Assembly: GCA_949740445.1 (NCBI GenBank)
Contig: CATJIF010000081.1
Location: forward strand, 1 to 30,199
Length of the DNA stretch: 30,199 nt
DNA from: an uncultured Peptostreptococcaceae bacterium
GTDB taxonomy: Bacteria; Bacillota; Clostridia; Peptostreptococcales; Anaerovoracaceae
Reading direction: 5' to 3'
Shown: positions 1 to 8,116 of the stretch, in pieces
Layout of the letters: each line of letters opens with the position of its first letter
Numbering within the stretch: the stretch's first letter is position 1
The notes under the pieces: generated by a model
Seen by the model: only the letters and a program-made list of their open reading frames with translations
The model's database searches: none
Told to the model about the DNA's origin: nothing
Made by a program: the position numbers and the translations under genes

Positions 1-1301
1 GCATGGTCGCCGATGCGCTCAAAGTCGCCGATGGAGTGCAGAAGCTCCGATACTTCGCGGCTGTCATTGTCGGACAGATTTCGGGAGGAAAGCTTTACCA
101 GATAGCTTCCGATCTCGTCCTCGTAGCGATCTAACGCCTGCTCGCCCTCCTCCACCTGACGGGCGATTTCCGAATCGTAGGTGCGCAGAAGCGACATGGC
201 CCGCAGCATGGAAGCCCGCGCTGTATTTGCCATATCCACAGTGATATCCCGACAGCGCCCAATGGCTACAGAGGGCGCTTCCATCAACCGCTCATCCAGC
301 GCTAAAAACTGCTCAGTTTCGTTCTCCTGCCGAGGAATGGTCAGGTTCGCCAGCCGTTCCAGCCCTTTGCCGAAGGGCAGCATCACCGCTGTCGCAAAGA
401 GGTTGAAGGCCGTATGCACCACCGCGATGGAAATCTGGTCTGCCGGCCCGTCCATAAAGGAAAACGAAATCAGCGCATCCGCTGCACTGTAAAGCACCAG
501 GAACAACAATGTACCGATGATGTTAAAATACAGGTGAACCATTGCCGTGCGCCGGGCATTCTTATTGGCGCCGACTGCAGAAAGCAGCGCTGTAACGCAA
601 GTGCCTATGTTCTGCCCCATGATGATGGGAACCGCGCTGCGCAGCGTAATGGCTCCTGTGGCGGACAGCGCCTGCAAAATGCCTACAGAGGCGGAGGAAC
701 TCTGGATAATCGCCGTCAGCACAGCTCCGGCGAGCACGCCCAGCACCGGATTTTTAAAGGCGACAAACAGCCGCGTAAACTCCGGTACATCTTTTAACGG
801 CGCTACGGCATCGGACATGGTCTGCATGCCGAACATAAGAATTGCAAAGCCTAAGAGAATGCCTCCGACATTCTTCTTTTTATTGTCTTTTACAAACAGG
901 TACAGGATAATTCCCACCACTGCAAGCAGCGGTGAAAACGAAGAGGGCTTCAGCAGGCGCACGAAAATCGAATCGCCCTGCAGACCTGACAAACTGAGTA
1001 CCCACGCGGTTACCGTGGTTCCTACGTTGGCTCCCATGATAATGCCCACTGCCTGCGACAGCTCCATAATGCCCGAGTTGACAAAACCCACCACCATGAC
1101 TGTGGCCGCCGAAGAGGACTGTATGATAGCCGTTACCGCAGCGCCCAGCAGAAATCCTCGCAAAGGCGTTTTCGAGGCGCGTTCTAAAATGGATTTAAGC
1201 CTGCTTCCGGCCTGCTTTTCCAGGCCGTCGCCCATTACGTCCATGCCGTAGAGAAACAGCGCCAGCCCGCCCAACATTGTAAATACACTGAAAATATCCA
1301 T
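1..1301 (-). CDS. Na/Pi cotransporter family protein (NptA/YjbB-like) with a PhoU-like C-terminal domain. The gene is partial: its C-terminus lies beyond the window start.
   Basis: Open minus-strand frame from the ATG at 1299-1301 to the window edge. The translation MDIFSVFTMLGGLALFLYGMDVMGDGLEKQAGSRLKSILE... shows the duplicated QSSSA(T/S)T... motifs of Na/Pi cotransporter II-like proteins. A GGGAG RBS lies 8 nt upstream. The gene is absent from the ORF track because no stop falls within the window. Confidence 0.8.
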   Translation of the reverse strand, partial: MDIFSVFTMLGGLALFLYGMDVMGDGLEKQAGSRLKSILERASKTPLRGFLLGAAVTAIIQSSSAATVMVVGFVNSGIMELSQAVGIIMGANVGTTVTAWVLSLSGLQGDSIFVRLLKPSSFSPLLAVVGIILYLFVKDNKKKNVGGILLGFAILMFGMQTMSDAVAPLKDVPEFTRLFVAFKNPVLGVLAGAVLTAIIQSSSASVGILQALSATGAITLRSAVPIIMGQNIGTCVTALLSAVGANKNARRTAMVHLYFNIIGTLLFLVLYSAADALISFSFMDGPADQISIAVVHTAFNLFATAVMLPFGKGLERLANLTIPRQENETEQFLALDERLMEAPSVAIGRCRDITVDMANTARASMLRAMSLLRTYDSEIARQVEEGEQALDRYEDEIGSYLVKLSSRNLSDNDSREVSELLHSIGDFERIGDH

Positions 1302-1440
1302 AGCTGTTTTTTCTCCCTGTTCCGCACGTTCCCCGTGCGGACTCTTACCTGCCATCGCTTTGCGCAAGCAGCACGCTGTGCGTGTACCCTGCGCATCTGC
1401 TCAGCATCCATCTACTCAGCCTCCAAATGCAGCTGTTCTT

Positions 1441-1469
1441 TATATAGTATTGTAAGATTTTCCTGTAAA
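1441..1469 (-). promoter_or_regulatory. Putative sigmaA promoter (TTTACA-17-TATATA) for the Na/Pi cotransporter gene.
   Basis: The minus strand reads TTTACAggaaaatcttacaatacTATATA about 150 nt upstream of the start. The leader contains the hairpin CCGCACG-gggaa-CGTGCGG just before the RBS. Confidence 0.3.
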
Positions 1470-1508
1470 ATGCACTGCCATGGTTATGTAAATTCTGTGT
1501 AAAAAAGA

Positions 1509-2636
1509 TCAGTCGCGTTTCTGCGGCAACGCCTCCTGCGCTTCCGCTTCTCTTTCGCTTTCTGCCGCCGTCTTTGTGCGCAGTCGGAAAAAGTTTACGG
1601 CCATCATGGCGAAAAAGATCATGCTGAAATAGCCGCCGATGGGATAGAGCACCGCTACCAGCTGGTTGAAGCCGAACAGGCTCAGCCCGTAGCCTAAAAG
1701 CGCGATCCCCCAGATCCAGACAATGCGGCGCTTTTGCGGAAGCACCGTAGTAATGCCGTAGAGGCAGCTGGTCGCCGTGGCGAAGATGGCAATTAGAAGA
1801 AAACAGGCGTACACTGTGCGCAGAGCCGGTGCAATGGTCTGTGCAAAGCCCAGCATGGGAAGGGAGATTTCTTGCGCGATCTGCGGATTGGTCTGCGTGG
1901 TTAGATAGAGCAGCGTACAGCACACGGTCAGCGCCGCTGCCCCGGCCAGAGCGCCGCCCTTTGCCTGTCTCCAGTCGGCGTGGCGCTGGCAGTTTCCCAA
2001 GATAGGCACCGCCGCTGTCAGGTTGTAGGTGACAAAGGCTACCGCCGCGCTGAACCAGTTCTGCGCCAACGGGCTCTTCTCCGCCACCACCTCGCCCCCG
2101 ATGGCGGCTCCGTCGCGAACCAGCAGGCATATGCAGATCAGAAGCGAACCGCAGACCAAAACCGGCGTCACCTTGCGGATGCGGCTGGAGACGATGGCAA
2201 AGCCCTTAACCGCCGTAACTACCACAAGCAGCATGTACAGAGCGCTTCCCAGGCTGTGGTGCAACCCTGTCTGTTCTTCGATCAGCGCTCCGCCGGCAGA
2301 AACCATGGACAGATAGGCCATCCAGAGAAAGACAGACATCACCGCGCCGATTGTCGCCGTTACCTTCGGGTTTTCTATGGGGGAAATCAGCGTTCCAAAA
2401 TCCGCGGTCTGCGCCATTTTGGCGTTCGCTACGCTGAAATAGCCAAAAACGACAAAAAAGGCCGCCGCTACGGCAATGCCCTTCAGGCCTTCCATTCCAA
2501 ATACGCCAAAAAACTGCCACATTTCCTTGCCAGAGGCAAAGCCAGCGCCCATCAGCGCCCCTACGTACATCAGCGCAATCTGATAAAATTTCAGGTGGGT
2601 GCTGCCCTGGCCCTCCGGCCGGTTTTCCTCAATCAT
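1509..2636 (-). CDS. YkvI-family membrane protein (putative permease, related to spore-germination GerAB and amino-acid permeases).
   Basis: The 375-aa product begins MIEENRPEG... and is polytopic and hydrophobic, with the GAGFASGKE(M/I)WQFF motif characteristic of YkvI. The RBS AAAGGAG lies 7 nt upstream of the ATG at 2636. The 584-aa ORF-track version has a GC-rich, low-complexity N-terminal extension, which I reject. Confidence 0.65.
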   Translation of the reverse strand: MIEENRPEGQGSTHLKFYQIALMYVGALMGAGFASGKEMWQFFGVFGMEGLKGIAVAAAFFVVFGYFSVANAKMAQTADFGTLISPIENPKVTATIGAVMSVFLWMAYLSMVSAGGALIEEQTGLHHSLGSALYMLLVVVTAVKGFAIVSSRIRKVTPVLVCGSLLICICLLVRDGAAIGGEVVAEKSPLAQNWFSAAVAFVTYNLTAAVPILGNCQRHADWRQAKGGALAGAAALTVCCTLLYLTTQTNPQIAQEISLPMLGFAQTIAPALRTVYACFLLIAIFATATSCLYGITTVLPQKRRIVWIWGIALLGYGLSLFGFNQLVAVLYPIGGYFSMIFFAMMAVNFFRLRTKTAAESEREAEAQEALPQKRD

Positions 2637-2655
2637 CTCATGTCTCCTTTCAGAG

Positions 2656-2699
2656 GCCCGGGCAGGGCAGACCGCTGTCTGCGGTCCGCCCTGCCCGGC
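2656..2699. other. Long GC-rich nested stem-loop between kdgK and ykvI, a possible transcript stabiliser, attenuator or weak terminator.
   Basis: ccgggcagggc a gaccgc tgtct gcggtc c gccctgcccgg forms an 11-bp outer stem plus a 6-bp inner stem. It is not followed by a U-tract on either strand. Confidence 0.5.
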
Positions 2700-2755
2700 A
2701 AATCCCTTTCCGCATTTGCTGCTTGCAGGCTGCGCCGGCAGCAGCGCTTTGCAGG

Positions 2756-3778
2756 TTATCGCTGCACCCGTCCGGAACCGTCGCCGTTCATCAGCGCCCG
2801 GACCTCCTGCACCGATACGCGATTGTAATCGCCCTCTACCGTATGTTTTAGGCAAGAGGCCGCAACGGCAAACTCCAGCGCCTCCGGCGCTTCCATCCCG
2901 CTCATCATGCCGTAGATCAGGCCGCCGCCGAAGCTGTCGCCGCCGCCCACCCGGTCTACGATGTGGATGTCGTAGCGCCTGGAAACCCAGCATTGGCTTC
3001 CGTCGTACAGCATGGCTGCCCAGCGGTTGTCGCTGGCACTGATGCTTTCGCGCAACGTAATCGCTACATACTTGCATCCGAAGCGGTCGAAAAGCTGTTT
3101 TGCCACTTCTTCGTAGCCCTCCCGGGCGAGCGTTCCGGCAGAAACGTCGGAACCCGCGGCCTTGATGCCAAAGACCTTTTCCGCATCCTCTTCGTTGGCG
3201 ATGCAGACATCTACATAGGGCATCAGCTGTCCCATGCACCGGCCCGCCTCCTCTGTGCTCCACAGCTTTTTACGGTAATTCAGGTCGCAGCTGACCGTAA
3301 GCCCGTTCGCCTTTGCCGCCTGGCAGGCCCGCAGGCAGATCTCTGCCACATTGGGCCCCAGGGCCGGCGTAATTCCCGTAAAATGAAACCACTTTGCACC
3401 TTCGAAAATGCTCTCCCAGTCAAAGTCATCTACGCTCGCCTGGCTGATGGCGGAATGCGCCCTGTCGTAGATCACTTTGGAAGGCCGCTGCGATGCCCCT
3501 TTTTCCAGATAGTAGATGCCTACGCGCTCCCCGCCCCGAACGATTTTGGAGGTATCTACGCCAAAGCTCCGCAGGCCGCAGATCGCCGCCTGCCCGATGT
3601 CGTTATCCGGCAACTTTGTTACAAACGCCGCCGAAAGCCCGTAATTTGCCAGCGAAACCGCCACATTGGCCTCACCGCCGCCAAAGGTCGCTTCTAACGT
3701 ATCGTTTTGAAACAGCCGCAGATACCCCATCGGGGCCAGCCGCAGCATTACCTCGCCAAATGTAATAATTGCAGACAT
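2756..3778 (-). CDS. kdgK: 2-dehydro-3-deoxygluconokinase (PfkB-family sugar kinase).
   Basis: The 340-aa product begins MSAIITFGEVMLRLAP...GGGEANVAVSLANYG... and has the C-terminal DRVGGGDSFGGGLIYG motif typical of KdgK and PfkB kinases. A GGAGAG RBS precedes the start. Confidence 0.85.
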   Translation of the reverse strand: MSAIITFGEVMLRLAPMGYLRLFQNDTLEATFGGGEANVAVSLANYGLSAAFVTKLPDNDIGQAAICGLRSFGVDTSKIVRGGERVGIYYLEKGASQRPSKVIYDRAHSAISQASVDDFDWESIFEGAKWFHFTGITPALGPNVAEICLRACQAAKANGLTVSCDLNYRKKLWSTEEAGRCMGQLMPYVDVCIANEEDAEKVFGIKAAGSDVSAGTLAREGYEEVAKQLFDRFGCKYVAITLRESISASDNRWAAMLYDGSQCWVSRRYDIHIVDRVGGGDSFGGGLIYGMMSGMEAPEALEFAVAASCLKHTVEGDYNRVSVQEVRALMNGDGSGRVQR

Positions 3779-3931
3779 AGTCTATGTTCTCTCCCTTCCT
3801 GTCGTTTCTGCGCCGGCTTGCACCTGCTGCTGCGGAGCTCTGCTTCCACCGCACAAGCCCTGCCGCGCAAATGATTTCGCGCACACCCCGCCGCACAGCC
3901 GCGTCAGGGGATACGCCACTGCTGTTTGCAT

Positions 3932-4597
3932 CTATGCCTGCCCGCGCGCATTCTTTACGATGCGGACAGCCTCTGCGCACAGCCGCGTTACTTCGTCCCA
4001 CTGCCTGGCATCCAGCAGCTTTTCGGCTACCATAAAGGAACCGCCGCAGGCAGCTACGCGCCTGTCCGCAGCAAATTCCGCCAGATTTTCAAGGGATATG
4101 CCGCCAGTAGGCATAAATTTTACCGAAGCAAAGGGCGCGGCCAGCGCCCGGATGGTCACAAGCCCTCCAAACTGCGCCGCCGGAAAGAACTTTACAATGT
4201 GGAGATTCCACTTCAATGCCTGCATAATCTCCGTCGGCGTAACGCAGCCGGGCAGGGGCAACACGTTCTGCCGCAGGCAAAGCTCTACGATTTCCGCATC
4301 GAAACCAGGGCTGACTACAAAGCGCGCACCAGCTTCGATGGCCCTCTGCGCCTGCTGCGCATTGACTACGGTTCCAGCGCCTACCACCATATCCGCAAAC
4401 GCCTCGCGCATGGCGGCGATGGCCTTCTCCGCGCCGGCTGCGCGAAACGTCAGCTCCGCTGCCGGGATTCCTCCCTCCGACAGCGCCCGGGCAAGCGCCT
4501 TCGAATCGTCCGGCTCGTTGAGCTTAATGACGGGCACAATGCCGATTTCGCTGATTTTCTGCGCTGTCTGTTCCATCGTATTCTCCATTTCTTTCAT
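3932..4597 (-). CDS. eda: Bifunctional KDPG / 4-hydroxy-2-oxoglutarate aldolase.
   Basis: The 221-aa product begins MKEMENTMEQTAQKISEIGIVPVIK... and contains FRAAGAEKAI...GAGTV...PG and GISLENL, typical of Eda/KdgA. A GGGAGAG RBS precedes the start. The start was chosen inside the longer ORF-track frame. Confidence 0.85.
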   Translation of the reverse strand: MKEMENTMEQTAQKISEIGIVPVIKLNEPDDSKALARALSEGGIPAAELTFRAAGAEKAIAAMREAFADMVVGAGTVVNAQQAQRAIEAGARFVVSPGFDAEIVELCLRQNVLPLPGCVTPTEIMQALKWNLHIVKFFPAAQFGGLVTIRALAAPFASVKFMPTGGISLENLAEFAADRRVAACGGSFMVAEKLLDARQWDEVTRLCAEAVRIVKNARGQA

Positions 4598-4703
4598 TTG
4601 CGTACACTCTCCCTTTCTGTTACTCCTTTTATGCTGTCTGCCACCGCGTTCTGCCTTTTTGCGGCTCTCCGCCTGTCTCCGCTGCTTTGCGTCCGCCCTG
4701 CTG

Positions 4704-6488
4704 CTATGGCTTTGGCAGCCAGATTCCATCCTGCTGCTCCATAACGACGCTCCTCTGGCCGTCGCTCCAGAAAAATGCCACTTCCACGCTGCCATCCACC
4801 TGCGGCCGCAGCCGCGTCTTTTCCGCCTGCACGTGCAGCTGGCAGCAAGCCGCCTGTGCCGGCTGTTCGAAAAGGCTGCCTTCCGCATCCGCGTAGAGGC
4901 TCTCTCCCGTTTGCGCAAGCCGCGCCTGATCCCGATAAAATTCTGCGTATTCGCTCATCTGCAGCAAGCCGGCAGCCCCATAGCTTTCGTCGAACTCCGC
5001 AGCTGAGGTAATGGCATCAAAATGCTTCCACTGCGTCTGCGCCACCTTTATTTGTCCGCTGTTCTCTGCAAGGGTTACGCTTTCCCTTGCAATATATACA
5101 TCGGTCGATGTGCGGAATCTATAATAGATATCCGCCTGCAATTCGCCCCGCGCTTCGATTTTATAATCCGAAACCCACGGCCAGGGGCTGGAAACGCCCA
5201 TCACATAATTTTTGCTGCCGTCTTCTTCTGTAATGATATCGCCCATGCTCAGATACAGAGCCTCATCGGCGCACAGCTGATATATTGTACTGCCATCTCT
5301 TTGCGTAAACGCCTCTGCCCACTGCGCGAAAACCTCTTGCTGCCTCTGCGGCATTTGCTTTGCGCTTTCGCTTTGCTCTGCACTGCCGGCCGGCGCAAGC
5401 GCTTGCGCATCCTCATCCAGGCCGCTCATCGCCTGTGTAAACGTACTTCCGGTGATTATGGCAACGGCAAAAATCGTTGCCGCCACAGCCAGCGCCGCCA
5501 TTTTCCGCGGCGATGCAATGCGGATAATGCGCTCGCGGATGCCGCTTTTGCTGTCGCACATGGCAGCGGACAGGCTGATCAGCCGCAGTCCGTCTCTCTG
5601 TGCAGAAAGCATCTGCAAAAGCGCCCTGCCGTACTGCAGCCGTTCTTCCCTTCCGATCCGACGCAGTACCGCCGCATCGCAGGAAAGCTCACAATCCCTG
5701 CGCGAAGCCGCAGCAGCAAGCCACAGCAGCGGATGAAACCACAGCGCGACCAGCACGGCACTGCGCACCGCAGACCAGAGCAAATCCCCTTGCCGCTTGT
5801 GGCAAAATTCGTGCAGCAGCGCGTATTTCAGATAGTCCGGCTCTTTTGCAAGTCCCTGCGGAATCCAGATGCAGCAGCCGCCATAGCCGGTTAAGCAGGG
5901 ACTTGCCAGCGCCGTGCTGATTTTCACATCAATTCTCTGCGCTTCGGAAATGCCAGCGCTGCACCAGGCGGCCTTTACCGCTGCAAGCTCCCGTTCGTCC
6001 ATCGGATGCTGTCCTGCGCGCAGCTGTTTCTGAAAGCCCGCATTTACCGCTAAAAACCAAGCGAACACGAAGAACGCACCGGCAAGCCACACCCCAAAAA
6101 GCAGTTTCGGAAAAAGCAGCCCAGCACTGGTAAACGGCGCCTGTGCACCTTCCCACCCCGCAGAAATGCAAGCAGCATCGACATCGCCTGCCGGCATGCC
6201 ACTTCCTATTGGCGCAGCGCCAGTTCCCTGCCACATGCCCCAGACTTGCTGCGAGTGGGAAAATGCAACCCTGCGCGCAGTCTGCACCGCAGCTTCGGCT
6301 GCGTTCATCACGCTGAAAGGGCTTTCTGGCAGGCGGACGATCTGTTCTGCCCCAAAGGCTATAAGCCGCAGAGGAATGAGCGACCAAAGCGCATATTGCA
6401 GCCCCGGATGCAGCCGCTCCTGAAACAGCCGGCGCAACAAAAGCAGTGCCAGCGCAATCACTGTTACCGATATCAGAAGTCCCATCAT
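4704..6488 (-). CDS. BlaR1/MecR1-family M56 membrane metalloprotease signal transducer with a non-PBP C-terminal extracytoplasmic domain.
   Basis: The 594-aa product has an N-terminal polytopic region, the HExxH zinc motif (LLHEFCHKRQGD) of peptidase M56, and a C-terminal domain of about 250 aa with no transpeptidase-like motifs. The ATG overlaps the stop of the upstream BlaI-like gene by 4 nt (ATGA). The RBS is GAGGAGGAAGG. Confidence 0.85.
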   Translation of the reverse strand: MMGLLISVTVIALALLLLRRLFQERLHPGLQYALWSLIPLRLIAFGAEQIVRLPESPFSVMNAAEAAVQTARRVAFSHSQQVWGMWQGTGAAPIGSGMPAGDVDAACISAGWEGAQAPFTSAGLLFPKLLFGVWLAGAFFVFAWFLAVNAGFQKQLRAGQHPMDERELAAVKAAWCSAGISEAQRIDVKISTALASPCLTGYGGCCIWIPQGLAKEPDYLKYALLHEFCHKRQGDLLWSAVRSAVLVALWFHPLLWLAAAASRRDCELSCDAAVLRRIGREERLQYGRALLQMLSAQRDGLRLISLSAAMCDSKSGIRERIIRIASPRKMAALAVAATIFAVAIITGSTFTQAMSGLDEDAQALAPAGSAEQSESAKQMPQRQQEVFAQWAEAFTQRDGSTIYQLCADEALYLSMGDIITEEDGSKNYVMGVSSPWPWVSDYKIEARGELQADIYYRFRTSTDVYIARESVTLAENSGQIKVAQTQWKHFDAITSAAEFDESYGAAGLLQMSEYAEFYRDQARLAQTGESLYADAEGSLFEQPAQAACCQLHVQAEKTRLRPQVDGSVEVAFFWSDGQRSVVMEQQDGIWLPKP

Positions 6489-6910
6489 CTGCCTTCCTCC
6501 TCTCGCTGCTGTGCCTGCTTTAGAATTTCATAAAGCTGGTCCAACTCCCCGCGGGAAAGCGATTTCTCCTGTACCATGGCATTGAGCATCAGCCCCAGGC
6601 TTCCGTCGTATACCTTCTGCAAAAACCGCTCGGTGCGGCTCCGCACTGCCTCGCGCTCCTTCACCGCCGGATAATACTCTTTTGCCCGGTTGCCCTCCTC
6701 GTAATATACCGCGCCCTTCTTTTCCATGCGCCCCAGCATCGTAATCACCGTGTGCTTTGTCCAGCCGGTGCTCTCCTTCAGCACTGCCACCAGCTGCGTG
6801 ATGGTTTTCGGCGACTGCTGCCACAGCACCTTCATAATCTCCCACTCTCCATCCGAAAGCAAAAGCTCCGGCGTCTCCTGCTGCGCAGCGTTCTTCCATT
6901 TCTCCTGCAT
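6485..6910 (-). CDS. BlaI/MecI/CopY-family (penicillinase repressor) winged-helix transcriptional repressor.
   Basis: The 141-aa product begins MQEKW...LSDGEWEIMKVLWQQSPKTITQLVAVLKESTGWTKHTVITMLGRMEKKG.... It is translationally coupled to the downstream M56 sensor. Confidence 0.85.
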   Translation of the reverse strand: MQEKWKNAAQQETPELLLSDGEWEIMKVLWQQSPKTITQLVAVLKESTGWTKHTVITMLGRMEKKGAVYYEEGNRAKEYYPAVKEREAVRSRTERFLQKVYDGSLGLMLNAMVQEKSLSRGELDQLYEILKQAQQREEEGR

Positions 6911-6961
6911 ATAAAAAACCCCTTTCTTCTGGCAAGGCGGCCTGCGCCGCCCCTCTTATAG

Positions 6962-7017
6962 GTAGTCATTTGTCTACCTTGAGTTTATTATATGCGAAAG
7001 GTATACATTTGTCAACC
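6962..7017. promoter_or_regulatory. Two direct-repeat 17-bp boxes (GTAnnCATTTGTCnACC), candidate BlaI-family operator sites.
   Basis: Box1 (gtagtcatttgtctacc) lies just downstream of the -10. Box2 (gtatacatttgtcaacc) overlaps the -35. They match at 14 of 17 positions. Box2 sits inside the 7-bp inverted repeat GAAAGGT...ACCTTTC. Confidence 0.4.
6987..7015 (-). promoter_or_regulatory. Consensus sigmaA promoter (TTGACA-17-TATAAT) for the blaI-like/blaR1-like operon.
   Basis: The minus strand reads ggTTGACAaatgtatacctttcgcaTATAATaaact about 70 nt upstream of the blaI-like ATG. Confidence 0.55.
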
Positions 7018-7089
7018 TTTCATTTGCGCCTTTTTATTTCTATCGCTTTGCACCGGATGACCTGGCGCAGCTCGCTCTGCGCCCTGCTA

Positions 7090-8049
7090 TCAGAGGAACC
7101 GGTACAGAAGAGGCTGCAAAAAGGGGACGGAAAACGTGGTAATCACGCCGGCCACCAGCGCCACCAGCCCAAGCTCCTGGCCTACGAGCTTTGTAACCGG
7201 CACCAGCATTGTATCCATATTTCCGGCAGCTCCCGAGGCGATGGCGCTGCCCTTGCTTATGTGCACCAGCAGCGGAAGCAGCAGCACCGTAAAGAAATCC
7301 CGCATTACGTTTACCATAAAACCGTAGATGCCGGCCTCGGCTCCCATGTGCTGCGTCATAAACGCGCCCGTCATACTGTAGTAGCCCATGCCAGAGGAGG
7401 CAAGCAGCGCCGTCTTCGGTGCAACGCCCAAAAGCATTCCCGCCAGCAGCCCGCCGCCCACGCTTCCGAAGAAGATGGCAAGACAGAGCAGCAGCACCTT
7501 GGCCCCCAGTTGCTTCAGGTAGGCAAACACGCTGCGGTTTTCCCCCATGCTGATGCCTACGCCTGTGTACAACACGATCAGAGCACCGTAGAGAAGGGCA
7601 TCGAGAAGCCTGGCGCTGGCCGGCGTCAGCATAAAATAGCCCGCGGCAATTCCAGCGGCCACGCTGAGGGGAATCAGCCATAATAACGCGTTGCCGCCTT
7701 CAGCCGGCGCTTTTGACTGCACGGCTTCAGAGGCTTCGGCATCCTGTCCGCCGCTCTGCTGCGACAGCTGCACAAGCCGGGACAATGGCAGGATAGTGTG
7801 TTCCAGAGCTACCACAAAAACTACGCTGCCACCGATGGCAGACAGGCACAAAAGCGCGCAGTTCAGCCCGATTTTGCCCAGGTTCTGCATGATTTCCTCG
7901 TTGATACCCACGTTCATGCCGATGACTGCCATCAGCAGAATCAGCGCACCGTTGACCAGCCAGTCCACCGCGCGCAGGGCCCGTGCCGGCAGCTTTCGCC
8001 ATCCGAGCAACAGGCCTGTTCCCAGGCAGATGAAGGGCATCCATGTCAT
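7090..8049 (-). CDS. LysO-family (DUF340/YbjE) putative lysine/amino-acid exporter.
   Basis: The 319-aa polytopic membrane protein begins MTWMPFICLGTGLLLGWRK.... An AAGGAGG RBS lies 9 nt upstream of the ATG at 8049. The ORF-track start at 8139 would overlap the MATE gene by 23 nt, so it is less likely. Confidence 0.7.
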   Translation of the reverse strand: MTWMPFICLGTGLLLGWRKLPARALRAVDWLVNGALILLMAVIGMNVGINEEIMQNLGKIGLNCALLCLSAIGGSVVFVVALEHTILPLSRLVQLSQQSGGQDAEASEAVQSKAPAEGGNALLWLIPLSVAAGIAAGYFMLTPASARLLDALLYGALIVLYTGVGISMGENRSVFAYLKQLGAKVLLLCLAIFFGSVGGGLLAGMLLGVAPKTALLASSGMGYYSMTGAFMTQHMGAEAGIYGFMVNVMRDFFTVLLLPLLVHISKGSAIASGAAGNMDTMLVPVTKLVGQELGLVALVAGVITTFSVPFLQPLLYRFL

Positions 8050-8116
8050 GTTCGCAGACCTCCTTTCCCTCTGCGGCCACATGGGCCAGCCTGCGTTTGG
8101 GCAAATACCAGAAAGC

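Noticed and set aside
1509-3263. 584-aa version of the YkvI-like ORF from the track. The same problem applies to the 328-aa version of eda (3932..4918) and the 518-aa version of the MATE protein (8117..9673).
   Set aside because: The N-terminal extensions are Arg/Gly/Pro-rich and of low complexity. They lack RBSs, begin at non-ATG codons in some cases, and overlap neighbouring genes or terminators. They are typical read-through frames in high-GC DNA. Internal ATGs with good RBSs give proteins of canonical length.
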